Below, piece after piece: positions 1-8,899 of a stretch of DNA of 64,000 nt. This stretch comes from an uncultured Dysosmobacter sp. (GTDB taxonomy: Bacteria > Bacillota > Clostridia > Oscillospirales > Oscillospiraceae). Position 1 is the stretch's first letter; each line of letters opens with the position of its first letter. The DNA lies in NCBI RefSeq assembly GCF_947631635.1, contig NZ_CANRMB010000010.1:6884-70883 (forward strand), read 5' to 3'. A program made the position numbers and the translations under genes. The notes under the pieces are model-generated. The model had not been told where the DNA came from, ran no database searches, and saw nothing but the letters and a program-made list of their open reading frames with translations.

Positions 1-2
1 AT

Positions 3-134
3 GTGGAAAAGGTGCTGGATGAGGTTATCTTTATCAACCAGGGCCGTGTGGTGCTCCAGTCCTCCGTGGACCAGATTCGGGAGGAGAAGGGCATGAGCGT
101 GGATGAGCTGTTCCGGGAGGTGTTCAAATGCTGA
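3..134 (+). CDS. ABC transporter ATP-binding protein, C-terminal fragment (5' end lies outside the window)
   Basis: Frame open from the window edge: VEKVLDEVIFINQGRVVLQSSVDQIREEKGMSVDELFREVFKC*. Stop overlaps the ATG of the next gene (ATGCTGA), typical ATPase-permease coupling. Confidence 0.6.
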   Translation: MEKVLDEVIFINQGRVVLQSSVDQIREEKGMSVDELFREVFKC

Positions 135-943
135 GAAAACTGATGAAGCACGAGTTTCGTGCCACAGGGCGGATCATGCTGCCCCTGTTCCTGATCCTGC
201 TGGTGACGGCCTTCGGCGCCAACCTCTCCACCCGGGGCCTGATGAGCACGCAGTACCGCATCCTGGATGTGCTGGGCGGTCTGCTGATAACGGCGTTCTT
301 TGTCGCCATCGTGGGCGTGTGCGTCATGAGCTTTGTTTTGATGGTCCAGCGGTTTTACAAGAATCTTCTGCAGGACGAGGGCTATGTGATGATGACCCTG
401 CCGGTGTCCGTGCACCAGCAGGTGTGGAGCAAGCTCATCGTCTCCTCGGTGTGGTTCATCCTCACCGTTCTGGCGGTGATCTTGGCGGCCTGCATCATGG
501 CCTTCAACGTGAGCTTCCTGGGAGAGTTTTTCCAGGGCCTCCGGGGGCTGTTCCGGGAACTGCGGGAGATCGGCGCGTACTACGCCATCAACGGCACGGC
601 CATCGCGGTGGAGCTGATCGCGCTGACCTTCCTGAGCCTGGTGGCCTTCTGCCTGCAGTTCTACGCCGCCCTGGCGGTGGGCCACAGCTTTGCCAACCAC
701 AAAATGGCCTGCTCCGTGGCCTTCTTCTTCGGCTTCCAGTTCGTCCTCCAGTTCCTGGGCGGCACGGGTATCTTCGCTTTCGACGCGCTGAACCTCTTTG
801 ATTTTCTGCCCAGCTGGCAGCTGAACGGCATGGCCGCCGTGCACGCGGTGCTGATCTTCTGCATCGTGCTGGTGGTGCTCTATAGCGCGATTTTCTACGC
901 CATCACCACATTCTGCTTGAAAAAGCGCCTGAATCTGGAGTAA
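128..943 (+). CDS. ABC-2 type transporter permease (multi-pass membrane protein)
   Basis: 271-aa ORF with repeated hydrophobic spans, translationally coupled to the upstream ABC ATPase tail. Confidence 0.6.
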   Translation: MLRKLMKHEFRATGRIMLPLFLILLVTAFGANLSTRGLMSTQYRILDVLGGLLITAFFVAIVGVCVMSFVLMVQRFYKNLLQDEGYVMMTLPVSVHQQVWSKLIVSSVWFILTVLAVILAACIMAFNVSFLGEFFQGLRGLFRELREIGAYYAINGTAIAVELIALTFLSLVAFCLQFYAALAVGHSFANHKMACSVAFFFGFQFVLQFLGGTGIFAFDALNLFDFLPSWQLNGMAAVHAVLIFCIVLVVLYSAIFYAITTFCLKKRLNLE

Positions 944-959
944 ACTGTCCATAACGCTT

Positions 960-999
960 CACGGGCCGGGAGCGTGTCCCGGCCCGTGTATCCTGTTTT
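960..999 (+). terminator. Putative intrinsic terminator of the ABC operon
   Basis: Perfect 12-bp stem CACGGGCCGGGA/TCCCGGCCCGTG, followed a few nt later by CCTGTTTT. Confidence 0.45.
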
Positions 1000-1009
1000 G
1001 GAGGAACCT

Positions 1010-1480
1010 ATGCCCTTTTTGGAGACTGCATTTGGAAAACTGGTGATGACCTTCGGCACCGCCATGGTGCCGGTGGTGGAGCTGCGGGGGGCCATCCCCA
1101 TGGGCGTGGCGGCGGGACTGCCGCCCGCCGTGGCCTGCGCCGTGGCGGTCCTGGGCAATCTGCTGCCGGTGCCCCTCATTATGCTGCTGGCCCGCCGGGC
1201 GGCGGACTTTCTGCGGGGAACGGCGTTTTTCGGGCCGAAGATCGACTGGCTGGAGCGCCGGGCCCACCTGAAGGGCCGCATCGTGCGGAAATACCGCCTG
1301 CTGGGACTGGTGGTCCTGGTGGGAATCCCCCTGCCGGGGACCGGCGCCTGGACCGGCGCGCTGGTGGCCTCCGTGCTGGATATCCGGATGCGCCACGCCC
1401 TGCCCGCTATCTTTTTGGGCCTGGTCATCGCGGGGATGCTCATCACTCTTTTGACCATGGGATTGATCCACCTGTTTTGA
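1010..1480 (+). CDS. Small multidrug export protein family (COG2426-like) membrane protein
   Basis: VELRGAIPMG...GNLLPVPLI...GIPLPGTGAWTGAL motifs. GGAGG lies 5 nt before the ATG at 1010; the tracked ORF start at 974 looks like an upstream extension. Confidence 0.6.
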   Translation: MPFLETAFGKLVMTFGTAMVPVVELRGAIPMGVAAGLPPAVACAVAVLGNLLPVPLIMLLARRAADFLRGTAFFGPKIDWLERRAHLKGRIVRKYRLLGLVVLVGIPLPGTGAWTGALVASVLDIRMRHALPAIFLGLVIAGMLITLLTMGLIHLF

Positions 1481-1492
1481 TGGATAGAAAGG

Positions 1493-1522
1493 AAAAAAGA
1501 GAGCCGAAAGGCTCTCTTTTTC
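1493..1522. terminator. Bidirectional intrinsic terminator
   Basis: AAAAAAGAGAGCC-GAAA-GGCTCTCTTTTT, sitting between convergent genes. Confidence 0.7.
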
Positions 1523-1526
1523 ACGT

Positions 1527-1718
1527 CTATCCAAAATCGTGCCTGCCGCCGCAGGAGATGCCCATATCCTCCAGCAGGGACACGATGGCCTCGATCCGGT
1601 GAAAGCACGCCGGATCGTCCAGGGAGTCGTCGGCCAGGATCTTTTGGATCGCCCGCAGCGCCCGGCTGCTGGCGTCAGAGGCCAGACAGCGGTAAAATTC
1701 CTGTTCGCTCTGCATCAT
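1527..1718 (-). CDS. Hypothetical small protein (63 aa)
   Basis: GAGGTGAT RBS directly upstream of ATGATG. Divergent from an XRE regulator. No recognisable family. Confidence 0.45.
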   Translation of the reverse strand: MMQSEQEFYRCLASDASSRALRAIQKILADDSLDDPACFHRIEAIVSLLEDMGISCGGRHDFG

Positions 1719-1814
1719 ATCACCTCATTGACAGAATAACATATTTTTCAAAAATACGCAAGTGCGTATACGCAGACGCGAAATGATGGATACCATATCC
1801 GTGAGGTGATGGAT

Positions 1815-2057
1815 ATGGCGGTCAAGGACGCTGTGGCAGCGCGCTTTTCAGCGATTTGCCGCCAGCGCGGCATACGGTATAACGAACTAGCGGTTTGTGC
1901 CGGAGTTACGCCGTCTACGGTATACAGCATGATGGACCCTAAGCGCAGAAATGTGTCTATCACAACGATCAAGATATTGTGCGACGGACTGGAGATATCC
2001 TTGGAGGAATTTTTCTCCGGCCCGGAGTTTGCAGACCTGGAACAGGAGATCCGATAG
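1815..2057 (+). CDS. XRE-family helix-turn-helix transcriptional regulator
   Basis: RQRGIRYNELAVCAGVTPSTVYSMM...ITTIKILCDGLEISLEEFF is a classic Cro/C1 HTH. GTGAGGTG RBS; starts at 1806, 1809 or 1815 are all possible. Confidence 0.75.
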   Translation: MAVKDAVAARFSAICRQRGIRYNELAVCAGVTPSTVYSMMDPKRRNVSITTIKILCDGLEISLEEFFSGPEFADLEQEIR

Positions 2058-2090
2058 AACAAGGACCGTCCATTTGGACGGTCCTTGCTG

Positions 2091-3362
2091 TTATTCTGCG
2101 GAGAACACCTTCCGCCCGGCGCTCCACACCGCCCGGACAGCATCTTTTTGCCGCAGGTAGACGCACCGCTCCAGCCGCTCCGCCGGGGTCAGGGGGTGGG
2201 GCTGGGGGAGCCGGCTGTCGTCCAGCACAATGGCGTGGAGGGGATTTCCCGGCGCAAAGCCCGGCTGTTCGCCGAAGAACGCCGCGCCGGAGGAGGTGGC
2301 CAGGAACCACGCCTCCGGGACAGTGAGGAAGTCCGTCTCCCAGTTGTCCAGCACCCGGCGGGCCTTGGAGGCCCGGAGGGCGGCGGCGGTCACGTCGAAC
2401 ATACACAGATGGTCGCCTCCGGCGATGTCGCTGCCCAGGGCCACCTTGCCGCCCTCGTTCAGCATCGCCCGCACCGGGGCCACGCCGGAGCAGAGGTTTT
2501 GATTGGAGTCCGGGCAGTGGACCATGGTGACGCCTGCGTCCCGCATGGCCTGCCGCTCCCGCTGGTCGGACCAGACGCAGTGGGCCATGACGGTGCGGTC
2601 GTTCCACATGCCGTATTTGGCATAGGTCTCCCAGTACTGCCGGCAGTCCGGATGCAGCTCCCGCACCCAGTCCATCTCCGCCCGGTTTTCCGACAGGTGG
2701 GACTGCACGGGAAGTCCCCGCTCCGCCGCCAGCCTGCCCAGAAAGGCCATCAGCCCGTCGGTGCAGGAGGGGGTAAACCGGGGCGTCAGCATGGGCTTGA
2801 TGTGCCGGAGGTCCTGACATTCCTCCAGCCACCGCAGGGTCTCCCCCATGGAGTCCTCCGTGGTCTCCTCCAGCACGCCGGGGAGGGCGTTGCGGTCCAT
2901 GTTCACCTTGCCCACATAGCCGGTGACGCCCGCCTTTTCCAGCTCCTCCATCAAGATGAGGGTGGCCTGGCGGTGGAGGGAGGAGAACATGCACACCCGG
3001 GTGGTGCCGTTCTCCACCAGCTCCCGGGCCAGCCCTTGGTAGATCTCCCGGGCGTAGTCCGGGTCCGCGAACCGGGCCTCGGTGGGGAAGGCGTAGGCGT
3101 TCAGCCAGTCCAGCAGGGGCAGGTCCATGCCCATGCCCAGCATGGGATACTGGGGGGCGTGAAGGTGCAGGTCCGCGAAGGACTGGAGGATGAGGGCGTC
3201 TCCAAAGTCCTCCACAGGCGCGCCTGCGTATTGCTCCGGCAGAACGGGGAACACGCCGGTGATCCTTCCGTCCTCCGCGATCAGATATCCGTTTTCCGCA
3301 ACGTCCAGTTTGCCCAGGGCGGGGGCGGACACAATAGTGCCCTTCAAGATCGCAACAGCCAT
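2091..3362 (-). CDS. guaD: Amidohydrolase-superfamily guanine deaminase
   Basis: HLHAPQ metal-binding motif, SHLSEN and HCP..N..L.SG.AP segments typical of guanine deaminase. Preceded by a guanine-type riboswitch. Confidence 0.75.
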   Translation of the reverse strand: MAVAILKGTIVSAPALGKLDVAENGYLIAEDGRITGVFPVLPEQYAGAPVEDFGDALILQSFADLHLHAPQYPMLGMGMDLPLLDWLNAYAFPTEARFADPDYAREIYQGLARELVENGTTRVCMFSSLHRQATLILMEELEKAGVTGYVGKVNMDRNALPGVLEETTEDSMGETLRWLEECQDLRHIKPMLTPRFTPSCTDGLMAFLGRLAAERGLPVQSHLSENRAEMDWVRELHPDCRQYWETYAKYGMWNDRTVMAHCVWSDQRERQAMRDAGVTMVHCPDSNQNLCSGVAPVRAMLNEGGKVALGSDIAGGDHLCMFDVTAAALRASKARRVLDNWETDFLTVPEAWFLATSSGAAFFGEQPGFAPGNPLHAIVLDDSRLPQPHPLTPAERLERCVYLRQKDAVRAVWSAGRKVFSAE

Positions 3363-3439
3363 ACAAATACCTCATTTCACAGGATTTCGACACAAAAGAA
3401 AAGGAGCGCCCGCCCGAACAGAGATCCTCTCCATCGGTC

Positions 3440-3516
3440 AGACACTCATAGCAGAGCCTTTCGGCGGCTCCGTAGAAACTTTCGCGCCATCCGCACAGCG
3501 AAATTATATGAGCCCT
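3440..3516 (-). promoter_or_regulatory. Purine (guanine-type) riboswitch aptamer
   Basis: Minus-strand RNA CUCAUAUAAUUUCGCUGUGCGGAUGGCGCGAAAGUUUCUACGGAGCCGCCGAAAGGCUCUGCUAUGAG. P1 is CUCAUA/UAUGAG. It has the conserved UAUAAU and AGUUUCUAC junctions, P2 and P3 hairpins, and a C before the 3' P1 strand (guanine specificity). A U-rich tract (UCCUUUUCUUUU) follows before the RBS. Confidence 0.8.
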
Positions 3517-3627
3517 TTTCACTTGTATGCCGCTGTCTATACTGTAGCACGGGGAGAGCGGAAAAGCAAGATGCGATTGAAAATGAGGACGGAGATATGA
3601 TATGGTGGAAAAAAGGGGGGGCGGCGT

Positions 3628-4020
3628 ATGAAGATCTATAACAAGTCCGATTTTTTCCGGGGACTGGGCTGCCTGCTTATTGCCGTGGCTTCGGGAGCCG
3701 GCGGCGTATTGCTCCATAAGGGGGTCTACATGCTGATGGCCCTTGCGTGGGCCGGGCAAGCTGTGTTCAACCTGTACCGCGCCATGCATGAAAAGCGGGC
3801 GGGGGAGAGCCGGGAGGCCTCTGCCCGGCGCGAAGCCGCGGCCCGGAAACTGTTCGGGAAATGGCGGCTGGCCGTGGAACTGTTCGGAGTGGTTCTGGTC
3901 GTGCTCTCCCTTGCATTGGCGGCTGTTTTGCGCGAGAGCGGGATCCCCGTTTTGCTGATGCTGGGGGGATTCCTTTACACGGTCGCCGTCTTGAACTGGA
4001 TCACAGACGAAATGGAATAA
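3628..4020 (+). CDS. Hypothetical small membrane protein (130 aa)
   Basis: G-rich RBS (AAGGGGGGG), four hydrophobic segments, followed by a hairpin terminator. Confidence 0.5.
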   Translation: MKIYNKSDFFRGLGCLLIAVASGAGGVLLHKGVYMLMALAWAGQAVFNLYRAMHEKRAGESREASARREAAARKLFGKWRLAVELFGVVLVVLSLALAAVLRESGIPVLLMLGGFLYTVAVLNWITDEME

Positions 4021-4044
4021 GCTGCGGGATGCAGCGGCGATCAG

Positions 4045-4073
4045 GACCGGGCGGCGGCAGCCGCCCGGTCTTT
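4045..4073 (+). terminator. Putative intrinsic terminator
   Basis: Perfect 10-bp stem GACCGGGCGG/CCGCCCGGTC followed by TTT. Confidence 0.5.
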
Positions 4074-4151
4074 GCACCTTCTCCGGGAACGGCGCTTATA
4101 CTGGCATACGGGCGGTGCTCCGCCCGAACCCAAGAAGAAGGCGTTGATAGT

Positions 4152-4910
4152 ATGCTGCGATCTTTACAGTGGGCGGCGCTGGGCACCGGGTTCACCTTTC
4201 TGATGACCACCCTGGGCGCGGCCATGGTGTTTTTCTTCGCCGGGGAGCCGAAGCCCCGGTTCCAACGGGCCATGCTGGGCTTTGCCGCCGGCGTGATGAC
4301 AGCGGCCTCCGTGTGGAGCCTGCTGCTGCCCGCCATCGACCAGGCGGCGGCGGACGGGAGCTTCCCGGGCTGGCTGCCCGCGGCGGCGGGGATGCTGCTG
4401 GGCGTGGTGTTTCTGGCGGCGCTGGACGCACTGCTGCCCTATCTGCGGCGGGAACAGAAGGACGCCGCCTGGAGGCAGAACACCCTGCTGATGACGGCCA
4501 TCACCCTACATAATGTGCCGGAGGGCATGGCGGTGGGCCTGGCCTTCGCGCTGGCGGCGTCCGGGGAGAACTTTGCCGGAGCGGCGGCGCTGGCCCTGGG
4601 CATCGGCATCCAGAATTTCCCGGAGGGCGCCGCCATCTCCCTGCCCCTGCGGCAGGAGGGGCAGTCCCGGCGGAAGGCCTTTGCGGGCGGGATGCTGTCC
4701 GGCATCGTGGAGCCTGTGTTCGGCATCCTGGTGGTGCTGGCTGCGGGTTGGGCGCATCCCCTGATGCCCTGGCTGCTGAGCTTTGCCGCCGGGGCGATGC
4801 TGTATGTGGTGGTGGAGGAGCTGGTGCCCCAGGCCCACAGCCGGGCGGGCACCTGCGGCTTTGTGGTGGGGTTTCTCATCATGATGGTGCTGGACGTGGC
4901 TCTGGGCTGA
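4152..4910 (+). CDS. ZIP-family divalent metal (zinc) transporter
   Basis: ITLHNVPEGMAVG and GIGIQNFPEGAAIS motifs characteristic of ZIP/GufA transporters. The likely start is MLRSLQW at 4152; the tracked 349-aa ORF carries an implausible Arg/Gly-rich N-terminal extension. Confidence 0.8.
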   Translation: MLRSLQWAALGTGFTFLMTTLGAAMVFFFAGEPKPRFQRAMLGFAAGVMTAASVWSLLLPAIDQAAADGSFPGWLPAAAGMLLGVVFLAALDALLPYLRREQKDAAWRQNTLLMTAITLHNVPEGMAVGLAFALAASGENFAGAAALALGIGIQNFPEGAAISLPLRQEGQSRRKAFAGGMLSGIVEPVFGILVVLAAGWAHPLMPWLLSFAAGAMLYVVVEELVPQAHSRAGTCGFVVGFLIMMVLDVALG

Positions 4911-4996
4911 CCACGCGCGGAGAGGACGCTGTCCTCCCTGAAACCGTCCCAGGTAGAGGCAGTCCTGGTGCAGGGGCTCTGGAGATCTGCTGTCCT

Positions 4997-5040
4997 GAAA
5001 AGAACCGGCACGGAGAAAAGTCTCCGTGCCGTCTTTCATT
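4997..5040. terminator. Bidirectional intrinsic terminator
   Basis: Perfect 11-bp stem CGGCACGGAGA/TCTCCGTGCCG with an A-run upstream and a T-rich tail downstream, between convergent genes. Confidence 0.7.
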
Positions 5041-5051
5041 GTCAACCGCTG

Positions 5052-5084
5052 TGCGCTTTTTCAAGTAAATTGACTATATAGTCA
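5052..5084. repeat. Dispersed repeat copy A, with the palindrome TGACTATATAGTCA
   Basis: The reverse complement of 5052-5079 matches 53214-53241 at 26 of 28 nt. The perfect 14-bp palindrome at 5071-5084 overlaps the stop codon of the PHP gene. Confidence 0.7.
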
Positions 5085-5762
5085 GTCCTTGGGCGGTTCA
5101 ATCAGCGTGTAATTTCCGGACCGGATCAGGTCCGCAAATGCAAAGGTGTTGGCGGGCAGGGTGTCGGACAGGATGCCGCTGCGGGCGATGTCCGGCGTCT
5201 GGTGGCAGTCGGAGCCGGCGGTCTGGATCAGGCCGAACTGCTCGGCGTAGGCCTTGGCCCAGTCGTTGTGGCTGTCATGCCGGGGATGGGCGTTGATGAC
5301 CTCCACACCGTCCAGATAGCAGGCGATGGCGGGGGTGCACTTCTTCCGGTAGGGGTGGGCCTGGATCAGCAGGGCACCTGCCTCCCGAGCCAGCCTGGAG
5401 AACTCCACCACGCTCATTTTCAGATTCCGGGGCATGTCCCGCAGCAGCTCATCGTGCCAGCCATAGAGCAGATAGTCGTTGTCGCACTCGTCAAAGCGCA
5501 GTTCTGCGCCCTTGTAGACGCGGATGCCAAGCTCGCCGCAGGCGTCCTCCATCCGGTGGAAGCCGTCCAGAAATTTTTCCAGCAGGCCGTCGGTGCGGGT
5601 GAGGTCCAGGTGCAGGTATTCCACCGTGTCCCGGTTGTAGTGGTCGGTGACAGCGATGGCGTCATAGCCCGCTTCCTTGTAAGCTTTGGCCAGGACGGGG
5701 GCCTCCAGATGGCCGCATTTGCTGGTGTGGGTGGTGTGGAGATGGGTTTCGATCTTGTACAT
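5082..5762 (-). CDS. PHP-domain metal-dependent phosphoesterase
   Basis: N-terminal MYKIETHLHTTHTSKCG...AIAVTDH motif and later H/D motifs of the PHP fold. Start taken at MYKIE. Confidence 0.75.
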   Translation of the reverse strand: MYKIETHLHTTHTSKCGHLEAPVLAKAYKEAGYDAIAVTDHYNRDTVEYLHLDLTRTDGLLEKFLDGFHRMEDACGELGIRVYKGAELRFDECDNDYLLYGWHDELLRDMPRNLKMSVVEFSRLAREAGALLIQAHPYRKKCTPAIACYLDGVEVINAHPRHDSHNDWAKAYAEQFGLIQTAGSDCHQTPDIARSGILSDTLPANTFAFADLIRSGNYTLIEPPKD

Positions 5763-5881
5763 GGCAAATACGCTCCTTTTCTCAGCTTTCAGCGTCCCAG
5801 AAAGGGCGCAAACGTTTTCGATATACAAATACACGAAATCATCCCGCCTGTCAAGAGAGCAGGCGGGATTTTTAAAGCTTT

Positions 5882-7144
5882 TCAGCGGATCTGGATAGGC
5901 AGGCCCGTGAGATAGCGCCGCAGGACGTCAAAGGCGTGGTTGGCGGCCAGGTCCTGGATGCGGTCCCGGCGGCGCTTGCCGAAATCACAGGGGCGGCAGA
6001 AGGTGCCGTCCGGCGTCGCCAGACCGATATACACAATGCCCACGGGCACGCCGCGCTCGTCCGGGTCCGGTCCCGCCACGCCGGTGACGGACACGGCGAT
6101 CTCCGCACCGGTGATGGTCCGGGCGCCCTCCGCCATGGCCCGGGCGGTCTCCTCGGATACCGCGCCACAGGTGTCCAGGATTTCCTGGGGAACGCCCAGT
6201 ACACGGGCCTTCACGCTGGTCCAATAGCTCACCGCGCCGCCCCGGTAGACGGCGGAGGCGCCGGGGAGAGCGGTGATGCGCTCCGCGATCCGCCCGCCGG
6301 TGCAGCTCTCGGCGGTGGCAAAGGTCCTGCCCTGTTTTTTCAGCAGGTCCATGCAGACGTTTTCCAGACCGGGGACGTCGATGCCATACACGACATCGCC
6401 CAGGAGAGCGGTGATCTCCTCCACCACCGGAGCCAGCATGGCCTCGGCCTCCTCCCGGCCGGCGGCCTTGGCGGTGGCCCGGAGGCGCACCTCGCTGGGC
6501 TTGGCGTAGGTGGCCAGGGAGGGATTTTCCATGTGGGACATCTTTTCCCGCAGCAGCTCCTCCATAGGGCTCTCCCCCAGGCCGAAGGTCATGATGTCGT
6601 GGGAGACGATGACCTCGCTGGAAAGGCCCCGGAGATAGGGGAGGGCGTGATCCCTCAGCATGGTCAGCATCTCAAAGGGCGGGCCGGGCAGCATCAGCAC
6701 ATGGATGCCGCCGGTCTCAAAGGCACAGCCCGGAGCGGTGCCCACAGGATTGCCGAATACGGTGCAGTCCTCCGGCAGCTCCGCCTGCTGAACGTTGTTC
6801 TCCGGCATGGCCATGTGGACGTTTTTCTCGAAGTAAGCGCGAATGTTGTCCAGAATGTCCTGGTGCAGCACCAGCTTGCGGCCAAAGGCCTCACAGATGG
6901 TCTGCTTGGTCAGGTCATCGTAGGTGGGGCCGAGGCCGCCGGTGGTGATGATGATATCCGCCCGGCGGCGGGCGATATCCAGGGCATCCTTCAGACGGGC
7001 GGGGTTGTCCCCCACCACGGTGTGCCAAAAGACATTGACGCCTACGGCGGACAGGGCCTGGGAGATGTCCCGGGCGTTGGTGTTGACGATATTGCCCAGC
7101 AGCAGTTCCGTGCCCACGGCGATGATCTCAGCGGTGTGTGACAT
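5882..7144 (-). CDS. cinA: CinA-family competence/damage-inducible protein (NMN amidohydrolase domain)
   Basis: AEIIAVGTELLLGNIVNTNA N-terminal MoCF domain plus a C-terminal ATAESCTGG...GGAVSY PncC-type domain. Confidence 0.85.
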   Translation of the reverse strand: MSHTAEIIAVGTELLLGNIVNTNARDISQALSAVGVNVFWHTVVGDNPARLKDALDIARRRADIIITTGGLGPTYDDLTKQTICEAFGRKLVLHQDILDNIRAYFEKNVHMAMPENNVQQAELPEDCTVFGNPVGTAPGCAFETGGIHVLMLPGPPFEMLTMLRDHALPYLRGLSSEVIVSHDIMTFGLGESPMEELLREKMSHMENPSLATYAKPSEVRLRATAKAAGREEAEAMLAPVVEEITALLGDVVYGIDVPGLENVCMDLLKKQGRTFATAESCTGGRIAERITALPGASAVYRGGAVSYWTSVKARVLGVPQEILDTCGAVSEETARAMAEGARTITGAEIAVSVTGVAGPDPDERGVPVGIVYIGLATPDGTFCRPCDFGKRRRDRIQDLAANHAFDVLRRYLTGLPIQIR

Positions 7145-7202
7145 AAAAACCCCTTCCTGCATGAATGATTGGCAGTTGATGGTTGCACAGAAAGCCCCCT
7201 GG

Positions 7203-8384
7203 TTACGGCTTCACCCGCACCCAGGTCTCGCCCTCCAGGGCCTTTGCCACCAGGGCGTCCACATCCAGAGCGGATTCCGCCTTCCGCACGTCCTCCAGGT
7301 GGGGGCGGGTGCAGGGATGGCGGGGGGTAAACACGGTGCAGCAGTCCTCGTAGGGCAGGATGGAGGTGTCGTAAGTGCCGATCTCCCGGGCGATGCGGAT
7401 GATCTCCACCTTGTCCATGCCGATGAGAGGCCGCAGGACGGGCATGGTGGTCACGTCCTCCGTGACGCCCAGGGCCATCATGGTCTGGCTGGCCACCTGG
7501 CCCAGGGATTCACCGGTGATCAGGGCCTTGGCTCCGGCCTTTTTCGCCACGGCCTCCGCCAGGCGCATCATGAACCGCCGCATGATGAGGGTGAAATACT
7601 CCTCCGGGCAGTTTCTGCGGATCTCCTCCTGGATTTCCGTGAAGGGCACGATGTGGACGATCATGCGGCCGCAGTAGGCCGTCAGCAGATGGGCCAGCTC
7701 CAGTACCTTGTTCTGGGCCTGCTGGGAGGTGTAAGGGGGGGAGACGAAGTGGACCATCTCCAACTCCACGCCCCGGCGGGCCATCATCCAGGAGGACACA
7801 GGGGAGTCCAGACCGCCGGACAGCAGGGAGACGGCATGGCCGCCCATCCCCACCGGCAGGCCGCCGGCACCGGGGACGGAGGGAGCGTGGACATAGGCGT
7901 ACTTCTCCCGGATCTCCACATAGACGGTCAGGTCCGGATGGTGGACGTCCACCGCCACATGGGGGAACAGCTCCGCCAGATCGCCGCCCACGGCCTGGCT
8001 GATCTGAATGGAGTTCATGGGGAAATTCTTGTCCGCCCGCTTGCTCTCCACCTTGAAGGACCGGGCGGCGGCAAAGGCGTCCGCCAGATAGGTCTTTGCG
8101 GTCTCCACGATGGCCTCCATGGTTTTCTCACAGGGGACGGCCCGGGCCACGGAGACGACGCCGAACACCTGCCGGGCGGCGGCATAGGCCGCCTCCATGT
8201 CGCAGTTTTCGGTGGTGGGCTCCACGTAGATGGTGCTCTGACGGATATAGACCTGGAAGCTGCCGCAGCTTTTCAGCCGCCGGCGGACATTGGACACCAG
8301 CTTGTCCTCAAAGGATCTGCGGTTCAGGCCCTTCAGGACCACCTCGCCCAGCTTCAGCAGCAGCATTTCGTTGTTGTTCATCAT
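7203..8384 (-). CDS. thiI: tRNA 4-thiouridine(8) synthase ThiI
   Basis: THUMP-like N-terminus and an SGGLDSPV PP-loop. GGAGGAA RBS before ATGATG at 8384. Confidence 0.85.
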   Translation of the reverse strand: MMNNNEMLLLKLGEVVLKGLNRRSFEDKLVSNVRRRLKSCGSFQVYIRQSTIYVEPTTENCDMEAAYAAARQVFGVVSVARAVPCEKTMEAIVETAKTYLADAFAAARSFKVESKRADKNFPMNSIQISQAVGGDLAELFPHVAVDVHHPDLTVYVEIREKYAYVHAPSVPGAGGLPVGMGGHAVSLLSGGLDSPVSSWMMARRGVELEMVHFVSPPYTSQQAQNKVLELAHLLTAYCGRMIVHIVPFTEIQEEIRRNCPEEYFTLIMRRFMMRLAEAVAKKAGAKALITGESLGQVASQTMMALGVTEDVTTMPVLRPLIGMDKVEIIRIAREIGTYDTSILPYEDCCTVFTPRHPCTRPHLEDVRKAESALDVDALVAKALEGETWVRVKP

Positions 8385-8899
8385 GGGAAGTTCCTCCAAA
8401 TCGGTTATTTCAACATACGAAAGCATGATATCACATTCAGAGCCGAAGGAAAAGTCTGATTTTTGCAAAAAAGTGTCCAGCATCCACTTACCGCGCGCAC
8501 AGGGCTCCCGCAGTCAAAACAGCTGGGGACCTGTTCCGCCAGCCGCGGCTCCTGGAGCGTACATGGGACCGGCAGGGCGTTTCTGACAGGCAGGCCCCGC
8601 TGGTTCCGCTCCCATGCCGCGGCCCATTGTGGGCCGCGGAAACATAAAATATGCGATGTGATATTGATTTTTGCTATCTGATGATGTATTTTGCAGATAT
8701 AGAAAACTTTGGAACCGTTGCGGCGCAACGGTTTCAGCAATTTTGTTATAAAACAATAAATGTATTCCATAGTTGTACCAAATAATTTGAATGGATTTTA
8801 CTGGATTTTTTCGGATAAACCTGGAAATTTCCGAAAAAGCAGGGAGAAAATGACAGTCAATTATGAGATACATAATTGTAACAAAACTGGAGGGGCACT

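Noticed and set aside
1969-4077. 702-aa (-) and 518-aa (+, 2085-3641) ORFs overlapping the guanine deaminase region
   Set aside because: Pro/Arg/Gly-rich off-frame translations typical of high-G+C DNA. They run across the riboswitch, an intergenic region and the neighbouring gene.
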